A stretch of DNA of 64,000 bases from an uncultured Alphaproteobacteria bacterium (GTDB lineage: Bacteria; Pseudomonadota; Alphaproteobacteria; CAAGCB01; CAG-977): NCBI GenBank assembly GCA_944393745.1, contig CALYBD010000007.1, forward strand, positions 561 through 64,560. The letters are read 5' to 3'. Positions 30,687 to 41,742 of this stretch are shown here, piece by piece. How positions within the stretch are numbered: the first letter of the stretch is position 1; each line of letters begins with the position of its first letter. Below the pieces are notes generated by a model. It was given only the letters and a program-made list of their open reading frames with translations. It did not search any database and was not told the DNA's origin. The position numbers were made by a program, and so were the translations under genes.

Positions 30687-31601
30687 TCAAGGTTTTTCAT
30701 AGCACCACTGCGGGTGATTTTCATACAGTCCGGCAGGATCCTGATGAATAATGACTTCGGCATTCGGAAAAGCTTTTAACAGGCGTTCTTCCACACGATC
30801 GGCAATTTCATGCGCTTTGTTCAAAGTAAACGAAGGATCCAGTTCCAGATGCAGTTGAATAAACCACTGCGTGCCCGAAGCACGGGTCCGCAGATCGTGC
30901 AGCCCGGAAACGTCCGGGGATTTCAGAACGATATCGGCGATTTTTTGTTTTTCTTCCGCCGGCAGTTCGGCATCAATCAGCTGGGCCAATGATTTTTTCA
31001 AAATCCGGCTGACGCTGACAATCAGATACAAAGCAATCAGCAGCGCAAAAATCGGATCGGCATAACGGAAATTGAAATAAGAACCGATCAACAAAGAAAG
31101 AATAACGCTGAGATTCATCATCACATCACCGGCATAATGCGTATAATCGGCGGTAATGGCAACGGATTTTGTTTTTTTAACGACGTAACGCTGGAAAGAA
31201 ACCAGCAGCAAGGTTAAAACAATCGATATTCCCATGGCACCGATTCCGATATCGACATGATTGATGACCCTGGGGTGCAGGATATACTGAATGCTTTGGA
31301 AAACCAGCAGAACGGCGGATCCGGCAATAAAAGCCGCCTGTCCCAAAGAAGCCAAGGATTCTATTTTCCCGTGTCCGAAGCGATGTCCGCTGTCCGCCGG
31401 AGCCAAAGAATGCCGCACCGCCCACAAATTTAAAAAAGAAGCGGCAGCGTCCAATGTTGAATCGATCAGACTGGACAACAGTGCCACGGAATCCGTCATC
31501 AGCAAAGCAAACAGCTTTACCCCGATCAGAACCAAAGCCGTGCCGACCGAAACGGCCGCTGCGGTTTTCATCAGAAACGCCGAAGATTTTTCTTCAGACA
31601 C
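30687..31601 (-). CDS. fieF: Cation diffusion facilitator (FieF/YiiP-like)
   Basis: DSTLD, HRFGHGKIE, ADYTHYAGD, HDLRTR, IIHQDP. Confidence 0.9.
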   Translation of the reverse strand: MSEEKSSAFLMKTAAAVSVGTALVLIGVKLFALLMTDSVALLSSLIDSTLDAAASFLNLWAVRHSLAPADSGHRFGHGKIESLASLGQAAFIAGSAVLLVFQSIQYILHPRVINHVDIGIGAMGISIVLTLLLVSFQRYVVKKTKSVAITADYTHYAGDVMMNLSVILSLLIGSYFNFRYADPIFALLIALYLIVSVSRILKKSLAQLIDAELPAEEKQKIADIVLKSPDVSGLHDLRTRASGTQWFIQLHLELDPSFTLNKAHEIADRVEERLLKAFPNAEVIIHQDPAGLYENHPQWCYEKP

Positions 31602-31782
31602 AGCGCGGAAGTCCCTTTGTTAAAAAAACGTTAAAAGCGACTTACTATAGCAAACATATTTGTTTTAGGGAAACAATAAATCCGAAAAAAAGTTAAAAAA
31701 AGTCTTTTTAATAGCTTGCCTGAACGGCTTGGGCACTTTATTTTATACAACGGACAGGTTTAGAACTAACGGCGGAAAGACA

Positions 31783-32745
31783 ATGGCTAATCCATATACT
31801 CTTTTAGGTGTTTCAAAAAGTGCTTCTCAGGAAGAGATAAAACAGGCTTACCGGAAACTGGCGCGCAAAATGCACCCGGATTTAAATCCGAACGATCCGA
31901 AAGCAGAGGATAAATTTAAGGAAATATCCGGCGCTTATGATATTCTTTCCGATCCTGAAAAAAGAAAACGTTATGATGCCGGTGAAATTGACGATAACGG
32001 CAAAGAACGTCCCGGATTCGGGTTCGGATACGGCGGCGGCAATCCTTATCAACGCCAAAGCAGCGGATTTGAAGGGTTTAATTTTGATTTCGGCACGGCA
32101 GGCGCCGGGAAAAAACGTTCCGGATTTGACTTTTTCAGCGAAATGTTCGGCGGCGGTTCGGCTGAAAACAGTGAAGATATTTTTTCCAATTTACGGCGTC
32201 GGCAACGCAAAATGCCGGGAGAAAACGTCAATTATGATCTGTCTGTTTCATTTTTGGACGCCGCCATGGGGAAAGAAAAGGAAATTTCTTTGCCGAACGG
32301 AAAAGTACTGAACGTTAAAATTCCCGCCGGAACGGCCGATAAAGCGATTTTAAGATTAAAAGGTCAGGGCAATCCCGGGATCGGCGGCGGACCGAACGGA
32401 GATGCCTTGATTCGCATTTTGGTACAACCCCACCCTTATTTTACGCGCGCCGATTACGACATTTTATTGGATGTGCCGATTACGCTTAAAGAAGCCGTTT
32501 TGGGCGGCAAAGTAACCATTCCGACTTTGGAAGGCAAAGTTGCCCTGACTGTCCCGCCTTATTCAAACACGGGATCCGTTCTGCGCCTGCGCGGCAAGGG
32601 AATAAAAACAAAAAACAAAACCGGAGACCTGTTGGTCAAGCTGCAAATCGTTTTGCCCGAAAAACCGGACGACGAATTAATAAAATTCATGCGGGAATGG
32701 ACGCCGCCGGCGGCTGATCCGCGTGCAAAGGCCGGTTTAAACTAA
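31783..32745 (+). CDS. DnaJ-class (CbpA-like) co-chaperone without zinc finger
   Basis: J-domain with HPD, G/F-rich region, DnaJ_C (LRLKGQG...GDALI). Confidence 0.9.
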   Translation: MANPYTLLGVSKSASQEEIKQAYRKLARKMHPDLNPNDPKAEDKFKEISGAYDILSDPEKRKRYDAGEIDDNGKERPGFGFGYGGGNPYQRQSSGFEGFNFDFGTAGAGKKRSGFDFFSEMFGGGSAENSEDIFSNLRRRQRKMPGENVNYDLSVSFLDAAMGKEKEISLPNGKVLNVKIPAGTADKAILRLKGQGNPGIGGGPNGDALIRILVQPHPYFTRADYDILLDVPITLKEAVLGGKVTIPTLEGKVALTVPPYSNTGSVLRLRGKGIKTKNKTGDLLVKLQIVLPEKPDDELIKFMREWTPPAADPRAKAGLN

Positions 32746-32749
32746 AAAA

Positions 32750-32765
32750 AATCAATCGATTGATT
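32750..32765. promoter_or_regulatory. Perfect 16-bp palindrome upstream of fabI
   Basis: AATCAATCGATTGATT equals its reverse complement; about 84 bp before the fabI ATG. Confidence 0.45.
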
Positions 32766-32848
32766 AAACAGCGAAAAAGCTTTGAAATCTCTTTTTTTTT
32801 ATGTTATCCCTCATCATAAAAATATTTTAAACTTTCAGAGAGGTTTTC

Positions 32849-33688
32849 ATGACGACAGGTTTGATGGAAGGTAAAAAAGGACTGATTCTGGGATTGGCAA
32901 ACGACAAATCAATTGCCTGGGGGATAGCTTCCGAACTGCACAAACACGGTGCGAAACTGGCTTTTACATATCAGGGGGAAGCTTTGGAAAAACGTGTTCG
33001 TCCGCTGGCCGCCTCTTTGGGAGAAGACCTGATTCTGCCCTGCGATGTGACCAAAGAAGAAACGCTGGACGCTTTATTTGATTCTTTGGAAAAAGAATGG
33101 GGAACGCTTGATTTTGTCGTTCACGCCGTTGCTTTTTCGGATAAAAACGAATTAAAAGGCCGCTATTGCGACACAACGCTGGCCAACTTTTTAAATACCA
33201 TGCACATTTCGTGCTATTCCTTTACGGATATTTGCCGGCGCGCGGCAAAAATTACGAATCCGGGCGGCAGCTTTGTCACCATGACATATTACGGCGCGGA
33301 AAAAGTACTGCCGAATTATAATGTCATGGGGGTTGCCAAAGCCGCTTTGGAAGCTTCCGTCCGTTATCTGGCACGTGACCTGGGACCGCAGGGAATCCGC
33401 GTCAACGCCGTTTCCGCAGGTCCGATCAAAACGCTGGCGGCTTCCGGTGTCGGGGATTTCCGGTTGATTTTAAATTGGAATGAATACTGTTCTCCGCTGC
33501 ATCGCAACGTCACGCAGGACGAAGTCGGCAAAAGCACGGTTTACCTGCTCAGCGATCTGGCCAGCGGCGTTACCGGAGAAGTCATGCATGTTGATTCGGG
33601 ATACAATACGGTCGGCATGATGAATCCCGAATATGCGCATGAAATAGCGGAACTGTTGTCTTCTTTCCCGAAAAAAAGCGTTGGTTAA
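32849..33688 (+). CDS. fabI: Enoyl-ACP reductase
   Basis: [36 protein letters not shown]. Confidence 0.96.
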   Translation: MTTGLMEGKKGLILGLANDKSIAWGIASELHKHGAKLAFTYQGEALEKRVRPLAASLGEDLILPCDVTKEETLDALFDSLEKEWGTLDFVVHAVAFSDKNELKGRYCDTTLANFLNTMHISCYSFTDICRRAAKITNPGGSFVTMTYYGAEKVLPNYNVMGVAKAALEASVRYLARDLGPQGIRVNAVSAGPIKTLAASGVGDFRLILNWNEYCSPLHRNVTQDEVGKSTVYLLSDLASGVTGEVMHVDSGYNTVGMMNPEYAHEIAELLSSFPKKSVG

Positions 33689-33690
33689 AA

Positions 33691-34779
33691 ATGACTGGGA
33701 ACAGTTTCGGTACACTCTTCCGATTTACAAGCTTTGGCGAAAGTCACGGAAAGGCAATCGGTTGCGTTGTTGAAGGCGTTCCCGCACAAATTCCTTTGGA
33801 TGTTTCGGAAATTCAAACGGCTTTAGACCGCAGAAAGCCGGGACAATCCAGATTTACGACGCAGCGCAACGAATCGGATACGGTGCAGATTTTATCCGGC
33901 GTGTTTAACGGTTTAACCACGGGAACGCCGATCGGGTTGCTGATTGAAAATCAGGATGCCCGTTCGTCCGATTATACCGAAATTGCGCAAAAATTCCGTC
34001 CGGCTCATGCGGATCTTCCTTATTTTCTGAAATACGGCAACCGCGATTACCGCGGCGGCGGCAGAGCTTCGGCCAGAGAAACGGCATTGCGCGTTGCCGC
34101 CGGCGCCATTGCGTATAAAGTCCTAAGGCATTTTTTAAAAACACCGTTTGAAATTACGGCAGGCTTGATTCGGCTGGGAAACGAAAAAATCTCCGCTTGG
34201 GAAAGCGATGAAATCAACCGCAACGCCTTTTTTTGTCCGGATGCGGCCGCCCTGCCGCGTTTTGAACGTCTGCTGGAACAAACCCTTAAAAACGGGGATT
34301 CCGTCGGTGCCGTCATTGAAATCCGTGCCAACGGCTTCCCCCCCGGACTGGGAGAACCGGTCTATGACAAACTGGACGCCGATCTGGCCAAAGCTCTGAT
34401 GAGCATCAATGCCGTCAAAGGCGTTGAAATCGGAGACGGCTTTTCCGCCGCCGCGTTGACCGGTCGTCAAAACGCCGATGAAATATTTGCCGATCCGTCA
34501 TCTGCAAACGGGATTCGTTTTAACAGCAATCATGCGGGCGGTATTCTGGGCGGATTATCGACGGGACAGCCGATTATCGCGCGTATCGCCGTTAAACCGA
34601 CACCGTCAATAGCGGCTCCTTTGCATACCCTTACGACCGACAAGACAGAAACGATCATTCAAACAAAAGGACGCCATGATCCCTGCGTCGGGATCCGCGC
34701 CGTCCCCGTTGCCGAAGCAATGACTGCGTGCGTCCTGGCCGATCATTTGCTGCGGCTGCGGGCTCAATACCATCTTTAA
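33691..34779 (+). CDS. aroC: Chorismate synthase
   Basis: [29 protein letters not shown]. Confidence 0.97.
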   Translation: MTGNSFGTLFRFTSFGESHGKAIGCVVEGVPAQIPLDVSEIQTALDRRKPGQSRFTTQRNESDTVQILSGVFNGLTTGTPIGLLIENQDARSSDYTEIAQKFRPAHADLPYFLKYGNRDYRGGGRASARETALRVAAGAIAYKVLRHFLKTPFEITAGLIRLGNEKISAWESDEINRNAFFCPDAAALPRFERLLEQTLKNGDSVGAVIEIRANGFPPGLGEPVYDKLDADLAKALMSINAVKGVEIGDGFSAAALTGRQNADEIFADPSSANGIRFNSNHAGGILGGLSTGQPIIARIAVKPTPSIAAPLHTLTTDKTETIIQTKGRHDPCVGIRAVPVAEAMTACVLADHLLRLRAQYHL

Positions 34780-34791
34780 ACGAGGAAACAA

Positions 34792-36615
34792 ATGCCTTTA
34801 TTTCCAGAATTTCCGCCTGTTTCCGGCAATGTAAAAACCTCTGTTTTTCAAAAAAACATTTTCAAACGCATCGGACGCTTTTTTCTTTTCTTTTTCTGTT
34901 TTATCGGTCTTTTGTTTTCTTTGGCCGTCGGATTTCGTTTTTATTCGCTGCTGCGGGAATCGTCTTCTTTCAGCGTTCCTGCGGGAACTGTTTTACGCTT
35001 TAGTCTGGAAGACGATTTATTTGAATCCCGTCCGGACGATTTTATCGGTTCGTTGACGTTCGGCAATCCTCCGACCCTGGCCGATGTCGTTTTGGGATTA
35101 AACAAAGCCGCGGCCGATCCGAATATTTCGGGATTGGTTGCTTATATGACAAAAATGTCTTTGTCTTTAACGCAGATTCAAGAAATTCGTTCTGCTGTCA
35201 AGGCGTTTAAAAAGGCCGGAAAAAAGACCGTTTTTTACGCACCGACAATCGGAGAACTGGGCGGCGGACTGGGAATGTATTATTTGGCGACGGCCTTTGA
35301 CGAAATCCGCATTCAGCCGGGCGGAGAAGTCGGCCTGGCCGGCATTGCCGTTGAAATGCCGTATTTCAAAAAAGCTCTGCTGAAATTGGGAATCAAGCCT
35401 TCCTTTAACGCCAGATATGAATATAAAACGGGAGCCGATACTTTAAGCGCCGAAAAAATGTCCGCCCCGGAAAAAGAAAACCTGACTCAAATATTTAACA
35501 GCTTTTTAAACGTGATGGCGGCTGATATCGCTTCGGATCGTCCGATGCTTGATAAAACAAAAGTTCGACAGATTTTGCAGGACGGACCGTACTTTGCGGA
35601 TCAGGCGCTGAAAATGAAACTGGTCGATAAAGTCGAATACGCCGATGTGCTGGAAACGCAATTAAAAGATCAACACAAAAACATCATTGATATGCTGGAT
35701 TATGTTTCCGCCGTCAACCGTATTTCCGATCACGAAACGCCGGGAATTGCCTATATTCCGGCCGTCGGTATTATTCAGTTCGGCGATTCCCTGTTCGGCG
35801 GAGATGCCTACCGTTCCATATTAGGGTTTTCTTCTTTCGGCGGGGTTTTGCGCGAAGCCGCCGACAACGAATCCGTCAAAGCCATCGTTATTCGTTTGGA
35901 CTCTCCGGGCGGCGGTTATACGTCTTCCGATGCCATGCGCCGTGAAATAGAGTATGTCAAAAATGTTTCGAAAAAACCGATTATCTGCAGTATGGGATCC
36001 ACGGCGGCTTCCGGCGGGTATTTTGTTTCACTGGCCTGCGACAAAGTATTTGCTTCTGCGTCCACGTTGACCGGTTCAATCGGCGTGTTCGGCGGAAAGC
36101 TTGTGTTAAAAGATATGTTGAAAAAATTAAACATTACGGTTGATACCCTGAAAATGGGAAAGAATGCCGGTCTGTTTTCAACGACACAGGATTTCAGCGC
36201 GGAACAACAACAATTTTTCAATGCTTCTTTGGATCGTGTTTATCAGGATTTTACAACAAAAGTCGCTTCCCGGCGCGGGTTTTCCCCCCGGCAAATCGAT
36301 GCCGTAGCCCGCGGCAGAGTTTTTACCGGCGAACAGGCGAAAAACAACGGCTTAATCGATGAGGTCGGCGGCCTGTCCGAAGCATTAAAAGCAGCCGCCG
36401 AAACGGCCGGTCTGCCGGAATCAGCGCCGGTTATTGAATTCCCGGTCAATCCGACCAGAATAGAAATGCTGATCAGCCTTTTAAATTCGGATACGGCCGT
36501 TTATCTGAAAAAAAGCATCGCCCAAAAAGGAATAGTCCCGCAGATAAAACTGTGGTTGCAGCGCTTGTCTTCGGGAGATTTCAGGCTGTTTTACAACGGA
36601 TTTGGCGCTTTTTAA
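34792..36615 (+). CDS. sppA: Signal peptide peptidase SppA (67K type)
   Basis: YEYKTG, RLDSPGG, MGSTAASGGY, TGSIGV, ARGRVFTG. Confidence 0.93.
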   Translation: MPLFPEFPPVSGNVKTSVFQKNIFKRIGRFFLFFFCFIGLLFSLAVGFRFYSLLRESSSFSVPAGTVLRFSLEDDLFESRPDDFIGSLTFGNPPTLADVVLGLNKAAADPNISGLVAYMTKMSLSLTQIQEIRSAVKAFKKAGKKTVFYAPTIGELGGGLGMYYLATAFDEIRIQPGGEVGLAGIAVEMPYFKKALLKLGIKPSFNARYEYKTGADTLSAEKMSAPEKENLTQIFNSFLNVMAADIASDRPMLDKTKVRQILQDGPYFADQALKMKLVDKVEYADVLETQLKDQHKNIIDMLDYVSAVNRISDHETPGIAYIPAVGIIQFGDSLFGGDAYRSILGFSSFGGVLREAADNESVKAIVIRLDSPGGGYTSSDAMRREIEYVKNVSKKPIICSMGSTAASGGYFVSLACDKVFASASTLTGSIGVFGGKLVLKDMLKKLNITVDTLKMGKNAGLFSTTQDFSAEQQQFFNASLDRVYQDFTTKVASRRGFSPRQIDAVARGRVFTGEQAKNNGLIDEVGGLSEALKAAAETAGLPESAPVIEFPVNPTRIEMLISLLNSDTAVYLKKSIAQKGIVPQIKLWLQRLSSGDFRLFYNGFGAF

Positions 36616-36702
36616 AAAAAATTGACTTCAGGTGTTTTTTTCATCACGCTTTTAAAAATAATCGGGTATGATGAAAAAAGCTGTTATTTTTAGGAGTCGG
36701 TT

Positions 36703-37260
36703 ATGAAGCGTTTGCTTTTGTTGTTTCTGGGGGTCGTTTTAACGGCGTGTTCATCTGCACCTGTCGAAAAAAAAGAAACGATTCAAACGCCGCCGCCCGT
36801 TGTCCGAACCATCAAAAAAAGCACGCAAAAAACAACGGCGGCCTATATGACGGATCAGGAAAACGAACTGAAACACCTCCTAAACGGAACGGCTTTTTTT
36901 ATAACGCGGCAGAATAATATTCTGACAATAACGCTTTCAGGCGATGCTATCTTTGCTGCAAACAGCTATCACCCGACGGCCCGGGCAGAAACATTGTTAA
37001 AAGAAATTGCTTCGGTTTTATCCGTTTATGATAAAACGCGCATCAGCATTATCGGCTATACGGACGGCATGGGAAAACCGGCAACCAACCAGTTAATAAG
37101 CGAGAAAAGAGCCCAAAGCGTTGCCGATATTTTAAAAAAAGCGGCAAAAATAAATTCCGTTCGCCTCTGGATTGAAGGGCGCGGCAATGAAAAAACGAAC
37201 GAATCTTTGCCGAGAAGTAACGGCGTTGAAATTATTCTGACACCGACATTTATCAGATGA
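36703..37260 (+). CDS. OmpA-domain lipoprotein (YiaD-like)
   Basis: Lipobox LTAC; YMTDQE; GYTD; ISEKRAQSV. Confidence 0.85.
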   Translation: MKRLLLLFLGVVLTACSSAPVEKKETIQTPPPVVRTIKKSTQKTTAAYMTDQENELKHLLNGTAFFITRQNNILTITLSGDAIFAANSYHPTARAETLLKEIASVLSVYDKTRISIIGYTDGMGKPATNQLISEKRAQSVADILKKAAKINSVRLWIEGRGNEKTNESLPRSNGVEIILTPTFIR

Positions 37261-38102
37261 GAAAATCGTTTTTCTTTTTCTTTTTATTTTTGACGACCGG
37301 GTGTTCCAATTTATTGTTTCACCCGGAAAAAGAATTCGTTTTGGAACCCTCCCGATTGGAATTGCCTTATGAAAACCTGTCTTTGCAGACCCCTGACGGC
37401 ATCAAAGTGCACGCTTGGTTTATCCCGGCCTACTGCAGCGGAGAAACACCCTGCCCGCCAAAAGCCAACATTTTGTATTTACACGGTAATGCGGAAAACA
37501 TTTCGTCCCATACATTCAGCGTGCTGTGGCTGATTTTATACGGGTATAACTTAACCGCACTGGATTATCGGGGATTCGGTCGATCAGAGGGCTCTGTCAG
37601 CTTGTCGGGATCGGAAACGGATATCCGCACGGCAATTAATTATCTGCTGGAAAAATATCCGGATCTGCCTTTGTTCGTCTTTGGCCAAAGCATGGGGGCT
37701 TCTTTGGCGGTCTCGGCCGTTGCCCGGTCTGAAAATCAAGATAAAATCGCCGGCATTATTATTGACAGCGCCTTTTCCAAAGCACGTCGGATCGCCCGGG
37801 AAAAAGTCGCACAATTTTGGCTGTTGTGGCCGTTTCAATATCCCTTGTCCTTTTTGGTCGGCGAAAATGATCCCGAAGGAAACATTTCAAAAATCAATGC
37901 CCCGAAATTATTCCTGACAACAGAAGACGACAAAACCGTTCTGCCGCATCATACGCGCCGACTGTATGCCAAAGCTTCCGCCCCCAAAGAACTGGAAATT
38001 GTCCCGACGGGCGGTCATATCCGGGCATTGAATAATGAGCACGCCAAGGACGTCTTGTTGAAATTTCTGGAAAAGAACAGCCGGACAAAACAGCGGAATT
38101 AA
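37257..38102 (+). CDS. Alpha/beta hydrolase lipoprotein
   Basis: LTTGC lipobox, LHGNAEN, DYRGFG, GQSMG, D...H. Confidence 0.9.
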   Translation: MRKSFFFFFLFLTTGCSNLLFHPEKEFVLEPSRLELPYENLSLQTPDGIKVHAWFIPAYCSGETPCPPKANILYLHGNAENISSHTFSVLWLILYGYNLTALDYRGFGRSEGSVSLSGSETDIRTAINYLLEKYPDLPLFVFGQSMGASLAVSAVARSENQDKIAGIIIDSAFSKARRIAREKVAQFWLLWPFQYPLSFLVGENDPEGNISKINAPKLFLTTEDDKTVLPHHTRRLYAKASAPKELEIVPTGGHIRALNNEHAKDVLLKFLEKNSRTKQRN

Positions 38103-39547
38103 GGCCGTTTGTTTTTTGAACGAGATGTCCGGGCTTTGTTCTCGTAAGGGTTTTTGGCTTTGCGCATCAGAATCCGAATCGGCACGCCTTCTATCTTTAA
38201 ATCCTGAGCCAGCCCTTTTATTAAATAACGCAAATATGATTCCGGCAGCTTTTCCGGATTACTGGAAAACAAAGCAAACGTTGGCGGACGAGTTTTCGCC
38301 TGCGTTATATATTTTAACGGAATCGGCCTTTTTGTCGCCGATAACGGCGGCGGCGTCTGTTCTGTCATTTTCATCAGCCAACGGTTCAGCCGGCCGGTCG
38401 AAATGCGGCTGTTCCAAACAGCATACACATCAAAAACAGCCTGCATTAATTTATCCAGCCCTTCCCCCGTTCTGGCGGAAATAACAATGGTTTTTAATCC
38501 CTTGACCTGCGTCAGCGAAGTGCCGATTCTGTCATTTAATCTGTCCAAAGCCTGTTTTTTATCACGTACCGTATCCCATTTGTTTACGGCAACAATCAAA
38601 GCCCGCCCTTCGTCCAACACTTGTCGGGCAATGGTTAAATCCTGCTTGTCCAAAATGGCATCAGCATCCAGAACCAAAACAACGACCTGTGCCAGAAAAG
38701 CGGCGCGTTTCGTATCTGCGGCGGATAATTTTTCCAAATCGTCTTCCACTTTGGCCCGTCGGCGCAATCCGGCCGTATCCGTTAAACGCAAAGAACGCCC
38801 TTTATATGTCCAATTGATCGAAATCGAATCCCGCGTTAAACCGGCCATCGGCCCCGTCAGCATTCTGTCTTCGCCGATCAGACGGTTAACCAAAGTCGAC
38901 TTGCCGACATTCGGCCGGCCGACAATTGCCAGATCAATCACACGATCTGTCAGATCGTTTTGTTCAACCGTTTCGTCATTCAAATCAATTTCTTTTTCGT
39001 TTTTTTTCCGGCGTCGAGCCCGTTTTTCCCGGATTGTTTCTTCTTCCTGTTCCGGCAGATCTGTTTGAATATACGGCAATAACGCGTCAAACAAATCACT
39101 CATGCCCAGCCCGTGTTCCGCCGAAATCAAAACGGGTTCGCCAAAACCCAAGGAATACAAATCCTGCACAAATTGTTCTTTTCCTTCGGCTTTATTGGCC
39201 GCAAGGACGACAGGCTTTCCGACTTTGCGCAGTATTTGCGCCGTTTTTTTATCCAAAGGCGTCACTCCGGCCCGTATATCAACCATAAAAACAATGACGG
39301 CAGAAACCTGCAAAGCCTTCTGCGTTTGTTTCCACATTGATTCGGCCAGTTCTCCCGCGCCGATTTCCAGTCCTGCCGTATCAACTACGGTAAACGGACA
39401 GCCGAACAACACCGCGTTTCCTTCGCGTCTGTCGCGCGTCACCCCCGGACGGTCATGAACCAGCGCCTTTTTGCGGCCGGTCAAACGGTTAAATAATGTA
39501 GATTTGCCGACATTCGTCCTGCCGACCAAAGAAACAAGAGCTGTCAT
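38099..39547 (-). CDS. der: Ribosome biogenesis GTPase Der/EngA
   Basis: Two GTPase domains: GRTNVGKS / DTAG / NKAE and GRPNVGKS / DTAG / NKWD. Confidence 0.97.
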   Translation of the reverse strand: MTALVSLVGRTNVGKSTLFNRLTGRKKALVHDRPGVTRDRREGNAVLFGCPFTVVDTAGLEIGAGELAESMWKQTQKALQVSAVIVFMVDIRAGVTPLDKKTAQILRKVGKPVVLAANKAEGKEQFVQDLYSLGFGEPVLISAEHGLGMSDLFDALLPYIQTDLPEQEEETIREKRARRRKKNEKEIDLNDETVEQNDLTDRVIDLAIVGRPNVGKSTLVNRLIGEDRMLTGPMAGLTRDSISINWTYKGRSLRLTDTAGLRRRAKVEDDLEKLSAADTKRAAFLAQVVVLVLDADAILDKQDLTIARQVLDEGRALIVAVNKWDTVRDKKQALDRLNDRIGTSLTQVKGLKTIVISARTGEGLDKLMQAVFDVYAVWNSRISTGRLNRWLMKMTEQTPPPLSATKRPIPLKYITQAKTRPPTFALFSSNPEKLPESYLRYLIKGLAQDLKIEGVPIRILMRKAKNPYENKARTSRSKNKRP

Positions 39548-40863
39548 TATCTGTACGCTATTAAATTTCCGTTTTCCGTAATAAAGAACAATGTATCATT
39601 CAGAACAATCGGAGGCAAAGAACCTTTATCATCAATATCGTCCCAACCGATAATTGTTCCCGTCTGCGGCGCCACGGCAATGGCTTTTCCGTCCGAATTT
39701 GTCAGAATTAAACGATTTCCGGCCATGACGGGACCTGTCCAGATCAGGCGTCCTTTTTTCTTTTCGGGATTTTGCCACTGTGTTAAATGATTGACCCATA
39801 AAATCTTTCCGGAAGAAGCCTCCAGCGCCGTTAATTCGGCATAAGAAGAAACAATATACAATACATCGCCGGCCAGCCACGGCTGATTAGTCCCGCCGAT
39901 TTCGCGTTCCCAGATCACGCCGCCGGTTTTTAAATCCAAAGCCGACAACAATCCGCCGCTGGAAACGACAAAGACTCTGTCTGCGTCTATTACCGGTCTG
40001 GCGCGAATATCGTTTATTTCCGTTCCGGCGTCATTGATGCGTGTACCGCTTAAAGATTCCGTCCATAAAATACTGCCGTTTTCCGGACGAAAAGCAATCA
40101 CGTCACCGGAGGCAAAAGCCGCAACCCCCGTTCCGTTATCGATTGCGGGTGCCGCTCTGCCCAACAAAGAAACGCTTTCCATAAAAGCATAATGCTGCCA
40201 CAGCGTCCGCCCGTCGTCCTGCGCCAAAGCCGTCAGCCTGTTATCTGCCGTAACCACAAACAGCCGGCCGCCGTAAACCGTCGGTGCGGACCGAACCGGC
40301 GAATGCAGATCCACACGCCACAATTCCGTCCCGTTATTGGCGTCCAGCCCGACAACCTGCCCCGTTCCCAAAGAAACAAACAAACGTCCGTCTGCCAAAG
40401 CCAGACCGGATCCGATTGTTCCGACCTTTCGCGATGTTCCTTTTTCAGGCAACAGAACGCCCCATATCTTTTTACCGTTAAGCGCGGACACTGCCTGAAC
40501 ATATCCGGCTGAATCCACCGTATAGACGATTCCCTTTTGTCCGACAGGTTCGGCCAGCAGAACACTTTTTTTGCTGCCGCCCTTTCCGATAGAAACTTTC
40601 CAGGCCTGCATAATTTTCGGTGCCAAAGCCGGATTTTGCATCACGTGATGAGACAGCCCGCCTGCCTGTGTCCAGGCCGATACGGATTCGGGTTCGGGCA
40701 GCAGATACGTTTTTTTCAGATCGGCGTCCGGCATCAGTTCCCGGCCGTACGTCAGCACGGAAATTTTACGTCCCGTCAAAACCGGTTCGTCCGAAGCGCA
40801 GGCAGACATTCCCGCGACCGCGGACAGAATAAAAAGTATCCGAAAAAAAACGTACCGTCTCAT
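39547..40863 (-). CDS. bamB: PQQ-like beta-propeller lipoprotein (BamB-like)
   Basis: Lipobox MSAC, repeated ALD..TG..W motifs, position yfgM-bamB-der. Confidence 0.8.
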   Translation of the reverse strand: MRRYVFFRILFILSAVAGMSACASDEPVLTGRKISVLTYGRELMPDADLKKTYLLPEPESVSAWTQAGGLSHHVMQNPALAPKIMQAWKVSIGKGGSKKSVLLAEPVGQKGIVYTVDSAGYVQAVSALNGKKIWGVLLPEKGTSRKVGTIGSGLALADGRLFVSLGTGQVVGLDANNGTELWRVDLHSPVRSAPTVYGGRLFVVTADNRLTALAQDDGRTLWQHYAFMESVSLLGRAAPAIDNGTGVAAFASGDVIAFRPENGSILWTESLSGTRINDAGTEINDIRARPVIDADRVFVVSSGGLLSALDLKTGGVIWEREIGGTNQPWLAGDVLYIVSSYAELTALEASSGKILWVNHLTQWQNPEKKKGRLIWTGPVMAGNRLILTNSDGKAIAVAPQTGTIIGWDDIDDKGSLPPIVLNDTLFFITENGNLIAYR

Positions 40864-40865
40864 AT

Positions 40866-41612
40866 TTATTTTTCCGTTTTCTGATCTTTTTTCAGATCAT
40901 TGGTCTGTTTTGTTTGGGGCATCGTTTCATCGACAAACGAGATGTATTCCGACACCTGCAGGCGTTTTGCTTCCGAAACGCTCGGCATTCCCAGGATTTG
41001 CTGCCAGCGGGATTTTGCTTTTTCGACATCGCCCCGGCGCAAAGCCAGTTCGGCGGCAATTTCCAGCGCCAGCGGAGTCCAAGCATTGCTTTTTGCGGCC
41101 AGCTGATCCAGTTCGGCTTCCATACCGGCGAAATCCTGATCCCCGCTTTCTATGCGCAAAATGATTTTATCAAACAGCGCCATATTTCTGAACGGCTGAG
41201 GAGCCCGATCGTCTTCAATAACGGTATTCAGCGTTTCGACGGCCTGCGGATATTTGTCTTTTCCCTGTCCTATCAGATAATCCGCATATTGAAAAGCTGC
41301 CAAATAGCGGTACCCCTGTGTAGACGTTTCGCTAAGCGTTTTCAGCATTTCCGCGCCGTTTTCGGCATCGCCCGATTCAATCAAAGTCAACGCCGTTTGC
41401 AATTGTTCGGATTCGGCCAAAGCGCGTTGTTCCTGACGATAGCGATAAAATTCGATTCCGCCCGTAACAAGCAAAGCCGCGGCAATCAATCCCGTAACGA
41501 CGGGACCGATTTTTTTCCACAGCGCTTTTAGCTGTTCTTCTTTCATTTCTTCTGCGACTTCACGCAGGATTTCGGCTTCCAAAGGCGTTTTTTCATCTTT
41601 TTGATCGGCCAC
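40866..41612 (-). CDS. yfgM: YfgM/TPR_21 family ancillary SecYEG subunit
   Basis: ILREVAEEMKEEQL..LWKK, single TM, TPR-like helices; GTG start. Confidence 0.8.
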   Translation of the reverse strand: MADQKDEKTPLEAEILREVAEEMKEEQLKALWKKIGPVVTGLIAAALLVTGGIEFYRYRQEQRALAESEQLQTALTLIESGDAENGAEMLKTLSETSTQGYRYLAAFQYADYLIGQGKDKYPQAVETLNTVIEDDRAPQPFRNMALFDKIILRIESGDQDFAGMEAELDQLAAKSNAWTPLALEIAAELALRRGDVEKAKSRWQQILGMPSVSEAKRLQVSEYISFVDETMPQTKQTNDLKKDQKTEK

Positions 41613-41742
41613 GGGACATACTCCTTAAACAAATAAAAACTTTTTCTACGCTACATTTAAAAAACGTAAAGGACAAGTCGTTTTAATCTCTTTTTTTCAT
41701 AAGATAAAGTATGTTACAATAAAAAAAATCAAACGAGGAAAC

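Noticed and set aside
31620-31634. TTAA-N7-TTAA, resembling a CtrA box, between fieF and the dnaJ-like gene
   Set aside because: Lacks the final C of the consensus and sits in very AT-rich sequence where chance matches are expected; neighbours are not cell-cycle genes.
39000-39060. Basic RARRRKK stretch in the Der inter-domain linker, resembling a nuclear localisation signal
   Set aside because: Der linkers are variable and charged; this is an essential housekeeping GTPase, so no special role can be supported.
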